Source: Eledone cirrhosa (Eukaryota). Taken from it: a stretch of DNA of 64,000 nt. Each line of letters starts with the position of its first letter. Within the stretch, counting starts at the first letter, position 1. The position numbers and the translations under genes are program-made. The notes under the pieces were generated by a model that worked only from the letters and a program-made list of their open reading frames with translations, did not search any database and was not told where the DNA came from. Of the stretch, positions 1-13,985 are shown piece after piece. The stretch is from positions 140,864,001-140,928,000 of the forward strand of contig OZ024741.1 of assembly GCA_964016885.1 (NCBI GenBank). The letters run 5' to 3'.

Positions 1-1367
1 TATGTACAATAACTGCAGTATTTATTGTAAATAATCGTTCGTCATTGCAGTGAGGAAATTGCTACAATTATATCATGAAAATCTCTTGCACATTAATCTA
101 TCTACATTCTGCAAATTGTTTCGTGATTTTAGGAGAATCAAATTAGATTATTTGACGGTCCTTCACAATTGTTACATCACTGATACAGCTGCGGATAATT
201 ATATGAATGCCCATTTTTTCTATTTATATTAAAATAAATATTACATATCAGAACGGGTGACCTAATGATTCCGTTGTTGAAGTCACAATAGCATCGTACA
301 GAGCATTGAATTCTTGAGTTAGACGCTTCATTTCACGTTACATCTCAAGATAGGAATGGATGCCGGATTAAGAAATTGAACTCTAGAAAATTCCCTCTAA
401 GTTAGTTACAATCGTGTGGAAAATATAGATAACGGTCTTGTACCATAACATCTCATTTTATAAGTGAGTTAGAGTAATTTGGTATTTCCTACAACTGTGT
501 AAATATTCATGCATGTGGATGCACGCATACATATATCAGTTTCGTATACATATAGGTGATGATCAATTTTAACGTATTGTTATGAATTTTTCTTGCACTA
601 CTTGCAAGCTATCGAAATGTACAGACAGAAATGTAATCGTCACTTGGATATTGAACGGAAAAAGGATCGGTAATCGTAAGGCTAAGTGTCCCAGCTGAAT
701 CGCAGGAGAATATAAAAAAATATTTTGTGCCTTTTGTGAGAATATCGGTACTGCGAATTTACTACTTCATCACCTTTTGCTATTTCCTAAACTAATGACC
801 ATACATATGTCATTGTATTAGTCCATTTCAGGTAATAAACATTTTTACAATGTATTTGCTATTATGAATTCAGGCAAGGTGAATTGCTGTGTGCTTGAGA
901 AAAGCACACTGCGTCATTTTGAATCTCCCTGAAAAATATGTTAATGGTACAGGTGTCAGTGAAATGCTCAGCTTTTCACAATTTAATTTCATCAGCCGAT
1001 TATTCCATTTTGCGTGAAACTTTAATATTCATTGCTAAATTGAACCTGTAATCAAAAGGGTCAGCAATGTCATAAAATGGCTTCAAGGTGAATACCCCTG
1101 AGAATTATGTAAATAGTCCATCTGTTTGGGGAATGCTCAGTCACTCGCTCGCTAATTTCATAAGTAGTAGTTTCCAATGTTTAAACACCATTGTACGAAT
1201 TAACGGGGGTACTATGCATACACCAATACACACAGTGTTTACATTCAAACTATTATCGCAAAAATAAATTATAAAAGAGAGTTTATATTTTATATTTAGT
1301 TAAGTCGTTCCTCCATCAACTGTCTGAATCTGATCCTTATTTTTCATTGTTATTTATGTATAGTCAA

Positions 1368-1560
1368 GGGCGGTGGATTGGCAGTATCGGTAGAGGGTCT
1401 GACGCCATGTTTTACAGCTAAGAGTTACATCCCTTTATTGTCTGAGTTCAAATCTCGCCGAGGTTAAGTGCGCCTTTCATCCTTACGGGGTCGATAAAAT
1501 AAAGTACCAGTAACGCACTGGGATAATTGCTGGCCTTCTGCCAAAAGTAGAAACAATTAT
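1368..1560 (+). mobile_element. tRNA-derived SINE (family A, full-length)
   Basis: A-box-like TGGCAGTATCGG, B-box-like GAGTTCAAATC, central motif GCCTTTCATCCTTACGGGGTCGATAAAATAAAGTACCAG and tail GCTGGCCTT..AAAGTAGAAACAATTAT; the same sequence recurs many times in the window. Confidence 0.8.
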
Positions 1561-2105
1561 TTCTGTATAATGACATTTCTCTCTATTTCTCAGTAGTTGC
1601 ACAAAATCTAAAATGAAGCTGTACATTAATGATGTCTTTTAAAACAGTTTCTCGATAACGGTGATGCGATCATGTAAGTATAACCAGCTTTCTAAAGTAT
1701 AACGTATTTCTATGTATAACCTGTTTCAACGTATTGCGAATACATTGAAACAGAACAATAAAACAAGAAGTTTGGTTTGTTCAATTAATGCTAAAACAAC
1801 ATTGTGCACATCAAAGATTAGAATATTGATTTCATTTACAAGGAAATATATTTCGAAATCATTTCCAGTTAATGGTTATGATTTCATATTTGAATTACTG
1901 CCTACTGAACAAGAAAATTTTGACTCGAAACCAAATGCCGAAACACAAACAATTGTTGAATTGTTTTCTGAACATGAATAATTCACACTGAGACCACTTT
2001 GTTGTGGTTTCATTAGAAATTATCAAACGGGACCACAAGTGTCAAGAGCCATTAAAAATTTCATGTTTGACACGAGACAATATATTTTCAATTAATCTCT
2101 TTCTT

Positions 2106-2153
<48 letters not shown>

Positions 2154-2449
2154 TATGTGTGTGTGTGTGTTTGTGGTGGGGCTGTATGCATGCATTTATA
2201 TACATTTTGGTCAACCACTATATTCTGGTCTAGGTGATTAGATCTGTAAATAACCCAACTTTTTATCTTTTGATAGTTATCCATCCACCTACCAGTTCTA
2301 TATGGGTGAATCTTTCCTATAAACGATTCTATATGATGTGCTTCGTAACCCAAGTCACTCAATCTGCCTAAAGTAGTTTATAGAAGGCTGGATCGGTAAA
2401 TTGCGTTGGCTTTTCTGCCTCTGACATTAAATCGATCTAATTATTCAAA

Positions 2450-2499
<50 letters not shown>

Positions 2500-4099
2500 A
2501 TTTGATACCAAAATAACAATGAATAGACAAAATATATGGCACCATTTTAGAAATAGATAAAGTAAAATGTTGATTAGTTATTGTTATTAATCGTCCCATT
2601 ATAAGAAACCATTATTTATATAAGAAACCGTTATTATTCGTCACATTCGAATGAGAAGGACCACCATCACTTTCGATGACTGTGGCTGAGAATGTGTATA
2701 ACTAACCTTTTCGGGGAGATTTTGCGAAAAGTAGTGTGTCACGTCTGACCGTGTGATTTACATTTAAAGTCCATCTGTCGGGCTTCTAAGCAGTATATGT
2801 CCACCTAATTTCGCTAGCTAGGATTAGGGCGCCTCATGGGTAAAGTAAATGACACTTGACCAAGATGACACCTGCTGGTATAGATCCATAAACCTAATTG
2901 TTACAGAGCTCACTTCTGATATATTTGGCCAGGCTGCGTCTACCATGGGCTCATTTTATCACTTGTAATGCCTTGGAACCTGTTGGAATATAGTCAGTAG
3001 TTAGAAACTTTGATAAGGTAAACTGATATGTATTAGCATGGAAATGCATCATTAATATAAGATTGATATAACAGTTAAACTGGTTTCATTTTACCATGGA
3101 ATCTTTGCCGTCAATGGATGTAAAATATAGCCATATCAAGTAAACTAAGTACATACACATACTTTACTTTTTCTTCAACAAAATTCTAAAATTAAAATCG
3201 ATTATATATATTTTTCTACTTGCTAAAGATTTCTTCTGTACAAATTGTTTTCTAAAATATGTCATGAACTGCATTCTGTCGTCGAGTACTTTTTTGCTAC
3301 TGAATACTGTCTAATGCGCGGTTAATTATTCAGATTTACCGGGATTACCAGGCTTCTGCCTGACATAAAGGAAGGGAATTCGAATGGAATGGCAGCCGTC
3401 TAAAATGCTTTAGAGCTGAGATTTCGAAATATTTTTACTACCAAGTTTGTAATTCCCTCCAGACTCCCTTTTACGATAAAATGATTATCCTCCAGAATTG
3501 TTATATGATGTGAATAACAATCACAAGGAAAAGAAAAACGGTGGATACCCAATGTCGTGTGCATAATTTACTTTTAACAAATACGGGAAAATTGTATTGT
3601 AGCATACAGACCCTAGGTTGGGAATAACTGCTGTAGAACCTTCTAGACTAATTTATTGCGAATAACGATCACTTATTATATAGCAAGATTATTTTATATT
3701 AGGTGAAATTATGTTATTATCCTGAGATTCTCGCTTAAAGGAACAACAGAAATTGAATATTTCCATGTGGTTTTGAGGGCTATATTCGTTTATAACCTAT
3801 AACACATTACAGGATAAACAAATATTTGAACTACATAAATTTACCCAAATCTATCAATTAACTACACAATAAATAAAAACAAATACTAATAAAATTATTA
3901 TAAGATAAATAATCTTAGTTTACTGAATATTAGAGGTACGTGGGTTAACAACGACAGAAATATGACCAATAAACTACGCCCGGTGCGATTCGAAATCAAA
4001 AAGCAAAGGGAGAAAATTAAAAGCTGAACAATCTCTTCTACACGCAAATGTAATTCACAAATTTCTCAACAAAATATATGTGAAACACTTAGCACTTGT

Positions 4100-4345
4100 A
4101 TTTGGCGATTTCATTAGTTTCAATGGTGGGCGTTTCAAATTCTTAACCAATGGATTTTCCTAGTCATATAGTTAATGTGCAAGGTTAGTCTTAAGAAATA
4201 TAGGCACAACTCATTTTTTACCAGCTGAGTGCACTGGAGAAGCCTGATATAATGAGCATTGTTCAAGAACACAACGCACTCCCTGACTGGAAATCAACCT
4301 TAAATTTTATGAGCTAAACAGCTTATAGACTAAATTACGCACATT
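4100..4345 (-). mobile_element. degenerate SINE (family B, CORE-like)
   Basis: Reverse complement resembles the GTGTTCTTGAACAA..TCCAGTGCACTCAGCTGG motif shared with copies at ~5.4, 6.8, 34 and 38.7 kb; ends approximate. Confidence 0.45.
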
Positions 4346-5354
4346 TACATGAAAATGTACAGCTATTAAACGAAAGATATCTTAAGATGAAGACCAGCTA
4401 CAACGTTTCTTATAGTTGACAAGGAAACGCACCCACGCAAAAGATTTTATGGCATTGTGACAGAACGTTAAATATAATCAATATGGTCTGAGAGGATTAG
4501 TATTAGTTAGCGTCACCTAGAATTAGTAGAGTGAAAGCGAATAAGTGGGATGTTGATGGATCCTACGTCGGTTTTAGCGATGAGCCTTATGTCATTCGAT
4601 CAACTGTAAATCGACTTGTGTGTGAATATTCCATAGTCACGTGTACCATTTATGTAATTCTATGGCATAATCAGCTTGACATATGTAACAAAGCTAGACT
4701 GTTTAAATACCTGTATAATACACACTGAACCCCCCCCCCCCCCCCCAACTTAATTTCACTCACAAAGCTTGCCTCGAGACTATAAAAAATATCACGTGCT
4801 ACGTTGTTGTGTCGAACTCGGGACTACCTGTTTTCCAGGTGAACGTCTTACCCACACAGACATTCAAAATATATAATAGTGAGGTTAACGTATGTTTTTC
4901 GATATAAAATCCTCCCACACAAAATGTTACATTGATTCTCTTTGCTTCTTCTGAGATATGAACCCATGCCATTTTCTAAAAATATCTGTATAACAAAACG
5001 GGGTATTGCTGAATGCCATTTCAACCTCACATCACATGCACTGGTGAATTTTTAGAGTCGATTGAGCATCGGATAGAATGCCTTACGTCAATTATTCCCC
5101 TCACTGCACTTCAATTTTAAATACCACTGAGAACAACCCACGCATTTCATCCTTCAGGGAAAATAAAATTGATCTAATTTATTTACTTTCTACTTGCTCT
5201 TTCTGCTTTCACTTATTTTATACTATTAGGCTGTTCTTTGAGATTATCTGTAAGATTGTGCCACTCAGCATTCATAAATAGTTAGGTTGATAATGGAGCG
5301 AGCAGAAAGCAACCTTTATAGAAAATATATGCTCCTAAAACCGCTGTGATGCCG

Positions 5355-5630
5355 TGTGACTTAGTAGTAAGGGTGTTTGTCTCTCAGTTGAAAGTTCCTG
5401 AGTTTGAATCACGGTGGCGTTTTGTCTTCCAGCTAAATACTATTTTACGTTACTTCTATCCACTCAGTTAACACAAACTAGCCAAACGTGACACACACTG
5501 CCACGCTGAATCATCCTGAGAATAGCAATAAGAGAGAAGTAGACATCTTGCACTCTATATTGATAAGCGGGCTGTTCCGTTGTTAGAACAAACGAGTCAC
5601 ATGTTGAGACCGAAAAGAGTCAAACATAAT
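5355..5630 (+). mobile_element. degenerate SINE (family B, CORE-like)
   Basis: tRNA-like head (GTGTGACTTAGTAGTAAGG..GAGTTTGAATC) followed by a body similar to 880-1010 and 24910-25095(-); ends approximate. Confidence 0.45.
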
Positions 5631-6173
5631 CTCAGAATGTTAAAACCGTATATGCTATGTATCTTCAGGAAAATTTAAATATAACACTAAATAATGTCTT
5701 TATAAATTGTAATTATTTGACGAGTTCAATTCTGATTCACCCCTATATTTTCATTATAGTCTTAACCTTGTGGCACACTGAGTTTCCGTATTGTTATATT
5801 TCATTGTCTTTGTTTTTTTGTTTTTTTTCAGTATTGTCTGGCTCTCACAATCGGTGCGACGATGGTTCTGGAAAAATCTATATTGATTTAATTAATTGTG
5901 TCTAGTCCCATAAAATAATTTCCCTAAGCTAACTTACTAATCGCTATTTCTTTCAGAGGTGAAGAAGATGAAATCGTGATGAAGATGAGTGCACTAAGAG
6001 TAAACAAACAATAAATTATTATAAAACTCAGCCATCGGCTACTGATATCCACATCAATCATGATCTTTTAAAGATTAATTTTTTATTGAATAAAAACTGC
6101 GAAGCTACTTACAATTTTCACAAATAGCAAGCACTTGTATGGGATTCGGCATGTGTTCTTCCATCTCTCTCTC

Positions 6174-6213
<40 letters not shown>

Positions 6214-6819
6214 AATCAGTGTTAGTTGAGCCAATCAATCGAGCAACAATGGTATAATCAGATGGAAACTCGCCGCGTCATGGTCACCATATATGGTATC
6301 AGACGACGTATTATTATTACGAAAAGGAAACGAAAAGGTATCGCATATTCAACATCATTTTGTTTCTATTACATCATCACGTTATACACATTTCAAAAGC
6401 ACCAATATGTCGTTATTCAACGACTAATCAATGGATTGTAGTCAGATAGTAAGATCAAATGTAAATAAAAATGTTGTTTTTTTTTGTTTTTGATATGTCA
6501 ACAATTGAAGATATGTTTACATATCAATGTTCAGCACGCATATATTTGTGGTCTGGGGGTGCACTTTGAGTTGTTCGTGTGTGTGTGCTCGGTATATTAA
6601 TGTTTGTTAGACTTGAACTGTACAGGACCAGATACAATGAATTTGTCGGACTGATTGGGAGATAATTAAAGACACCCTTCTATGAATTGTACATTGGTCT
6701 AATTTCAAGATTCAATATTTCATCAGAAATTCCTATTTGGTCTATTTTCCTTTAATAGAAAAAACAGAAATTGTCGAGATATTTATTTCTGTAATTGTAC
6801 ATTATAGATAGGAAATTCG

Positions 6820-6950
6820 TGTGGCTTGTTGGTGGTTAGCTCATGATCGTAAGCACATCAGTTCAAATCTAGGCGGTGTGCTGCGTTCCTGAGTAAGATA
6901 CGTTATTTCCCGTTTTCCTACACTGCTCAATCTTGAGCAAGACACTAAAC
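6820..6950 (+). mobile_element. degenerate SINE (family B) 5' part
   Basis: GTGTGGCTTGTTGGTGGTTAG..AGTTCAAATC head plus CTTGAGCAAGACACT CORE-like motif. Confidence 0.45.
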
Positions 6951-6999
6951 TGAATTTGGTGGTGAGGCTACAGTTATAGAGAGCTGGGGTTCTGGGGAG

Positions 7000-9500
7000 T
7001 ATGGGGATTCTCCTTAGTCATTTTTACTCATATGTCCGTTCTGGCCTGCGGCGGGAACCCTGTTAGGGACCCACTTATGGGTTAAATAGTCCTACTGGCA
7101 AGGTTCGACCTTCCAACACCGTGAATCTACCGACATATTTAGTAGCATCCAGCAGCCTGGAAAACTGTGCCCGATCTTCTGAGGGAGGTTTTTAAACCAG
7201 CGGCTAAGAGAAGGGCCCTCTGATGTAAAGCCTACGACCCGAGGGGCTTACTGTCACCGTCCCAGCTTGCTAGGCCAAAAGAGATTAACGCCGATGAAAA
7301 GGTTGAGGTCAGTTCAGCTGACATTGCCCTTCACATAAACTCTCCACTGCGCAGACTCAAAGGACATGTCCATGACCATCAACCACTTCAAGCCCTGTAA
7401 CGATGGAAAATGGTGAAATGGAATGTGTAAGATGATACTGGAAACTGTAGTTCCAAACCTGCATGCAATTGGTTTAGGGGTTTGGTCATCTGATGTTGAA
7501 CACAACCGACTAAGGAGCATTATCTAGGGACACTACTGCTTGCTCCTCATTGGAAGAGTTCTGGAAAAGGTGGCCTAAACAAAGCCCGTCCTTTACACCT
7601 ACCAATTGGCAAGCAGCAGACAACGAAAACCATCAAAGGAGAAAACTATACACCCAACTGCAAGAGTGTGAATGGATTGAAAATCGCATTCTGCAACATC
7701 ATAACCATGCTAGTCACATTCGACAGGAGTCGGCCAGTACCTGTATCTATTCTAGTTGCACACGAGCTTTAAGACAGAATGTTGATATTGCTGCTCTTAC
7801 TGAAGTGTCCTGTCAAGGGGAGACAGCCTACAAGAGTATGGCTCCGAATACGCTCACTACTGGTCAGGCAAACAGGCAGCATTCTGACCGCCACATCTCT
7901 ATGCGCCTCACAATAAGTAATCAAACATATAACAAACTCTTCAATGTGTACTCGTCAAGCAGATCTTACGGAAAAGAACACGTTTTACTCAGAGCACTCC
8001 TGTGGAGGGGAAGGTCATAATCGTTGACAATTTAAACTCCAGATTAGACGGAAATTCTGTAACTTGAGAGACATGGCGTTAGTAACTGCAATGAGAATGG
8101 ATACTTGCTGATGGAGTTTTGCGCAGAACATCATCGTCTAGCAGCAGGACAGTTTGAAAATATCCTAGATGCGTGCTTGTTCCAAATACTGGTACCCTAT
8201 TGATTATGTCCTGGTGCGCCGGTGTTACCTGAAAAACGTATTGTATACTTGAATGATGCCCAGTGCAGAATGCCCCCACCAACCATCGTCTCGTACACTG
8301 CAAACTCAAGCCCTACTTTAAACTCGAATCAAAGAAAGGCGTCCCTCTGCCCGATCCCCAAGAAAAGTTCTGAAATGAAAGCTGACTTCCAGACAGCTTT
8401 TCAATTGAGGCTTGAAAATGTGAGCATTTGCACAGATGACTCTTATGGAAGATCCGAAAAATACCATTCTACATACATTTGGAGAAATTCATGGGCTTAC
8501 CACAAAGAAGAACAAAGACTGGTTTGATGAAAACAACGAAGAATTTCAATAATTTCTGGTGAAGCAGAGATGCACCAGGCTCACCTACCTCAGCCGTCTT
8601 CTCCTGTGAAGACAGCTGCATTCTTCCGCAAGGTGTATAGGACCTGCATGTCAGGTCCAACGTCCTTTGAGAGGTGCAGAGAGCCAGACTCTCCTTACAG
8701 ACAGGACGTCCACATTAGGCCGTTGCTCAGAACATGTCCAGGCCCTATTCAGCACTAATCGCACTGTCCAACAACCAGTAAACGTGAAGATCGATGAGTC
8801 TTCCACCATTGATAAAACCACCAAAGTCATAGAGCAGCTGAGTAGTGGCAAGGCAGCAGGACTCGATGGAATTCCAGGCGAGATTTGGAAGCATGGGGGC
8901 CCACCACTACACGCAAAACACCACGAGCTCTTCGTATGTTGATAGGAGCAGGGCTATTTGCCACATGATTTCCGTGATGCAGTCATCATAACCTTGGGAA
9001 AGGACAAGGGGAGAAAGTCAAACTGTCGCGGGAAGAGTCCTCGCAACGATGTTACTAAAGAAATTGGTAACTACAATCGCAGAAGAACACTTCCTAGAGG
9101 GCAAATGTGACTTCAGAATCAACAGGAGCACCACAGACATGGGGGTTCTTTTAGGCAGCTCCAAGAGATGTGCCGAGAAGAAAATAAAAGGATGTACGTG
9201 GTATTTGTTGACTTGACTAAAGCATTTGATACAAGGAGCAGAAAAGGAATGTGGCAGATCATGGTAAGACTTGCCTGTCCCCCAAAGTTCCTGAACAGGT
9301 TCATCTAGCTACACGAAGTCCAGTGTATCCAAATCAAACTCAACAATGATCTCTCATAAACCTTGCCGATAATCAACGGAGTCATGCAGGGTCGCGTCTT
9401 GGCATCAGCTTTCTTAACCATTTTCGTCAGCTCATGCAGGCCACAGAAGATCTTAATACCGAGGACGGAGTCTACATCAGATATCGTTTGAAAATATCCC
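7000..9500 (+). mobile_element. decayed RTE-clade LINE (APE endonuclease + RT remnants, many frameshifts and stops)
   Basis: Translated fragments: NVDIAALTEV (APE start, ~7775), KVIEQLSSGKAAGLDGIPGEIWKHGG (8667-8942 ORF) and YVVFVDLTKAFD (~9195-9230), typical of RTE/BovB-like ORFs; boundaries approximate. Confidence 0.8.
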
Positions 9501-10121
9501 TTGGTGCCTGTCACATCGACCATCGCTGCTTGCCTATCCTAGCTGGGGTCACAGTGTCTGACACAAGCCAAAGGGTTGTCCAATGAAGTTATAGACAAGA
9601 CCAAATTTTAAGTTATAGCAATTAAGCTATAACAAGTACACATAGAATTATAATTGTATGTCACCTTAGTTTAAAAGTGTGGTGTTGTTTAAAACACGAG
9701 AGTCTCATGAATGAAATAAAGGAAAAGAAAGGAAGAAAAGTAAAGGAATTTTTTAAAAAGCAAGAAGAAAGGAAGATATCTTGTTAAAATATCTAAGCAA
9801 TTCAAGTTAAAGGAGGGAGAATACGTTCGTCACAGATTAGCAATGATAAATGTAGGAAAATTAACAGAGAGGATAGGCCAAACGAACGAAAGCAAGGCAA
9901 AACGAAAACCAATTTTTTAAATGGAAAATACAACCGAATATATATATATATATAAAGTATTAAGGATACTATTTATGGTTATGTATATAATAAAACCTTT
10001 TATAGTTATATATATTTTAAACTCTAAATAGTGAAAGACAGTAATTCATTACTATCTTATTACCAGTAAGATAAATAGCTGAATGTAATAACATCAGTTG
10101 TTTTACAGAGCAGTTATATAT

Positions 10122-11497
10122 AAATTACATGAATCAAAGTTCAGTTTAAATCATTTATTTGCTTACAATTGTTTCCTCCAAACCGAGGTTTGGATTCTTC
10201 GGAGATACTATTTAGTGATTTTTTTACATACTTGACCTCCTTTTCAACACAAGAGACATATAAAAACATATGTATATATTGACCCACAGTGGGTTGACAT
10301 TCATCATAATAATAGAGCATGGCAATTTACATACAAAGGTTACAGTCATATTAAAGGACAAAATTAAAGTTAAAATTAAAATTAAAATTAAAATAAAACA
10401 TTCGCAGTTTATGAAGATAAAGCAAGAGGAAAGTTTAGAGTAGTCAGTGTATGAAACAGTCTCACGTGTGGCATGCACGCGTGTCTTATTTATACAGGAT
10501 TATAGTGCGGCAGATTGTTACATGTAGAACAAGCAGTTAAAGCAGGCAATCAATAGCATCATGGGGGCTGTATTGTTAAAGCATTTTTCACACACACCTG
10601 TACGATATATAAGCCCGTTTGTAGAGAAACACCAAAAATATCAAAATTATAACAAATGAGAAGCAAAACAGCACCACTGTCCTCGCACCCACCATCACTC
10701 ACACAATCTAGGAAACGCAATTTATAGACTACATGTCCATCACACAATCCACGATGATTCAACACTGGCTGCCTGGTGAATCATGTTATAAATCATAGCT
10801 TGTCGTTCCTTATTTCGATTCATAGATCAGGTTGTTTTTGTTGTGAGAGATGACATAGTATTATATTCCGGAAGTGTGTGTGTGATTAAGGGGAGTTAAT
10901 GCATAAGGGGAGTTAATGCGTAAGGGGAGGTAACTAGCTGATTTTCATAGTTAAATTTATTATCTTAAAGTACATAAATGGTGTTTCAAATGAGTCCCTA
11001 TCATATAAGGTTATAAACAATTTGTAAATTTAAGAATCTTATCTATAAATTACAGTGTAGTCTATCAAGAAGTGCTAAAGGTGTTCATATCAGGATGGTT
11101 ACCTTCTATCATGGAGTGCCACAACAGAAGAGTCAGACCTCCAAATCAATGATCTATGTAAGTGTAGTCCACCCGCAGAACCTGGCAGGGTCTTATTACG
11201 ATATATGACTTCAGCTAAGCTCTGGGTCATTGTATGTCTGAATGCATGGCAAAGTTAAATATCACCAGGGTGGTCGAGAGATCAATTATCTCATACAAAG
11301 ACACTAATCTGGCCATCAAGCCATACATATACTCATAACTCGTATATCACTTGTACATAATTCATTGTACTCAGCATATAGAATATATAGCCCTTTTAAT
11401 AAATTAATTACTTAATCTTATATCTATCCCATGGTGGCACTCCATGCACAGGACAATGTTAGCACAACCAATTCAGTGCCTACAGTTTACATTAATT
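10122..11497 (-). repeat. left arm (3' pseudo-LTR) of ~1.38-kb inverted repeat
   Basis: Near-identical reverse complement of 13986-15374; the ORF track shows mirrored peptides (10224-10478 vs 15007-15273; 10559-10765 vs 14720-14926). Confidence 0.95.
10160..10205 (-). ncRNA. minimal type I hammerhead-like motif, CCGAAGA core variant (stem I weakened)
   Basis: Minus strand reads CT-CCGAAGA-a-TCCAAAC-ctcg-GTTTGGA-g-GAAA-CAATTG-TA-AG. Confidence 0.6.
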
Positions 11498-11697
11498 ATA
11501 TATTAGGGCAATGTAGTCCAAGTAATTCAAGGCAAATATACCAAAAGTAGAAGTACATGGTGATATCTCTATGGTAAAAGGTACTATGAGGGTGTCACTA
11601 TTTGCGTTGAAGTGGATTAATGGGTGTGGAGATGAGGTGTAAGGAGTGCCCCTGATGCTAGTTGCTAGAGGTGGTGTGGGGTTCAAGTCTGACATTG

Positions 11698-13985
11698 TTA
11701 TATATTGGGTTTAAAGTTTTGGAAAGAGTCTCGGAAGCGGTGTTGGCAAGACGCGCACACTTCTGATTTTTTATTAAGGAGGTTATGGTTAGAGAAGATG
11801 ATAGTATGGGTCTCTAGTAGACAGAGGTTACAAAATGTATTAGGTGGTTTGTACGATGTCGCGTTACCTATCACTTCCCATTTAAGTGTATATAGTTTAT
11901 TTTTAGTTTTTAGATAGTGTATGTAGCTAGATAGTGAAGTGGAGTTGGCTAGACTATGTTTTTTAAAAGAGTGGTGGTGCGAATTGTATCTAGTTTTGAA
12001 GCAGTTAGAAGTAGAGCCTATATAGGTTTCAGAAGAGTTGATAGTTGTGACTGTGCATGAGTATATGATATCCTTGATTAAGCATATTTTATCTAAAGGG
12101 CAGGTTCTATTTGATCTACAGTTACAATTATTCTGGATGTTAGTCTGCCGGTTATTATGTTGTGTAGAAGTCTGGATGGTAGCTATAGGGTTATGGTTAT
12201 TTGGGTTGTCGTTCCCGGCGTTAGTGTTTACACTAGTGCTATTACTATTATTTCTATTGATATTAGGGTTAGTTGTTATAATGTTATTTTGAAGGTTTAT
12301 CGTCTGTTGTGATTTAGTTTGTTGGACGTAAGAATTAATTTTTCTTTTATTGCTACTAGCTATGTAGTATGCTATGTTAGGCGTAGTAGAGTAGGAGATT
12401 TTAATAGTGTTTTTTGTTTAAAAGGCTATGGTACTTGTGGCCGGGTGGGAAGTATTTATCTTGTAGTGAGAAGAAAGCCCTAGGTAGGTTGGTAGAGACG
12501 TTTAGATTGAAAGGAGCGTTGAAAAATGTATTATTTCTACTTCTATTTTTGTTTTTTATGTCTGGTGAGTTGTTTCCTTTTCTGGTAATTTCTGTGGTGT
12601 GGGTTACTTTTGTTGGTATCATCCCTATTAGTGTGTGTGTGGTTGTTATTCTTATTACTAAATTTTCTCATGGACATGTGCGAAATAATGTTGTAGCTAT
12701 GTGTTTTTGTAGGTAGGAACTCGATCTCTATATTATGTCCTGATCTAGCTAATGCCTGATTATAATATTGTGAGTTTTTGTTAAATATGTTTACGTCATA
12801 GGATAGATTAGAGGTTCTATTAGATACTCCCTTAGAGATACAGTTTAATATAATTCTAGGGTGGTTAGACTTGGTATCTACGTAAATGAGTTTTTCATTA
12901 GGTTTGTGGAAAGGTGCATATATCATTGAGTCTAGGTAGAGGGTGGCGTCTAGGAAGTTAACGTTTTTAATGTTTTTGTCCATGGTAATACTAAGGTTAT
13001 AGTTTTTGAATGTATTGTGCAATAGTTTTCTAGTTCTTTCTATATTGAATCTTTTATAATCTATAAGTAGAAGTGCATCATCGCGGTACAAACCACCGTT
13101 GAGGTATGGAAGGTCCTTATGGATTTCGTTAAGTAAATATTGGCCGACTAAATCAGTGACCTGCGCCGAGTCACTAGACCCCATGGTTATGTCGAAGTTG
13201 TTTTGCGTATCTTTGCGGGTCCATAATTCGTCTTCAAAGGTGATTAGTGTTTTACGGGCCGCAAGTATGACATCAATCTGTGGTCTAGTCAGGTCACTAT
13301 TGTCCATGGCCATGATAAGTGCCTTATTTAATAGGATAGGGGAAATAGAGGTGTAGTAAGAATTGATATCAAATCGAATAAATTTGTTATCCTTGTTATC
13401 CTTGATATCTTTGAACCATTCAATCACTTCACCCCTATTTCCCCATTGTTTAAGGTATATCTTGTGTTTAATCTGTGGGATGATTTTATCTAAAATTTTC
13501 TCACTGATAATGCCAATGTCAGACTTGGAAGGGCAGATGAGTCTAATCGAGGGGTTGCTAATGAAGTCCTCCTTATGGTCCTTCAGAGAGAATCTAGGGG
13601 GGGGGTTAGGGTATATGGTTGTGTATGTCTATGGAGTCCTAGTTTGGACACTATATTATAGCCTTCCATATTAATATCTTCTAAGTTTTTCATAGTGGTT
13701 TTCTTGTAGCTTTTCTGTAGTTCATTATATATAAACTTTCTATAAGTATTATAATCTAGGCTGTATATGTTATTAGTTTTGTCCGCATGTACAATATTTT
13801 TATTACTAGTTTTGAAATCATTAATAGAGGTGCTAAGTTTGTTTAAGAAGGTGTTGTTTTTATTACGGTGCTTTTTGTATTTAATATTCTTAACTAGTTT
13901 TATTAGGTCATTTTCAAAGGGGTTTAGTAGTGTGTTATGAGGGGGGCTTTTAAAGGTTTTAAAGCCGAAGTAGTCAAATTTGTCA
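11698..13985 (-). pseudogene. PLE reverse transcriptase + GIY-YIG endonuclease ORF, frameshifted
   Basis: Minus-strand translation gives FDYFGFK..PFENDL, HADKTNNIY, KDHKEDF..RLICPSKSDIG, FDINSYYTSI, ITMGSSDS, GGLYRDD, then CNCRSNRTCPLDKIC..IIYSC..TYIGST..CNLCLLE..LLNKKSE..CQHR; stop at 11698-11700. Confidence 0.9.

Noticed and set aside
1368-1460. tRNA gene
   Set aside because: A/B boxes belong to a multi-copy SINE head; no complete cloverleaf
12080-12130. Possible selenocysteine (UGA) recoding as reported for some Naiad PLEs
   Set aside because: The Cys motif uses TGT/TGC codons and the endonuclease is C-terminal; the disruptions look like ordinary frameshifts
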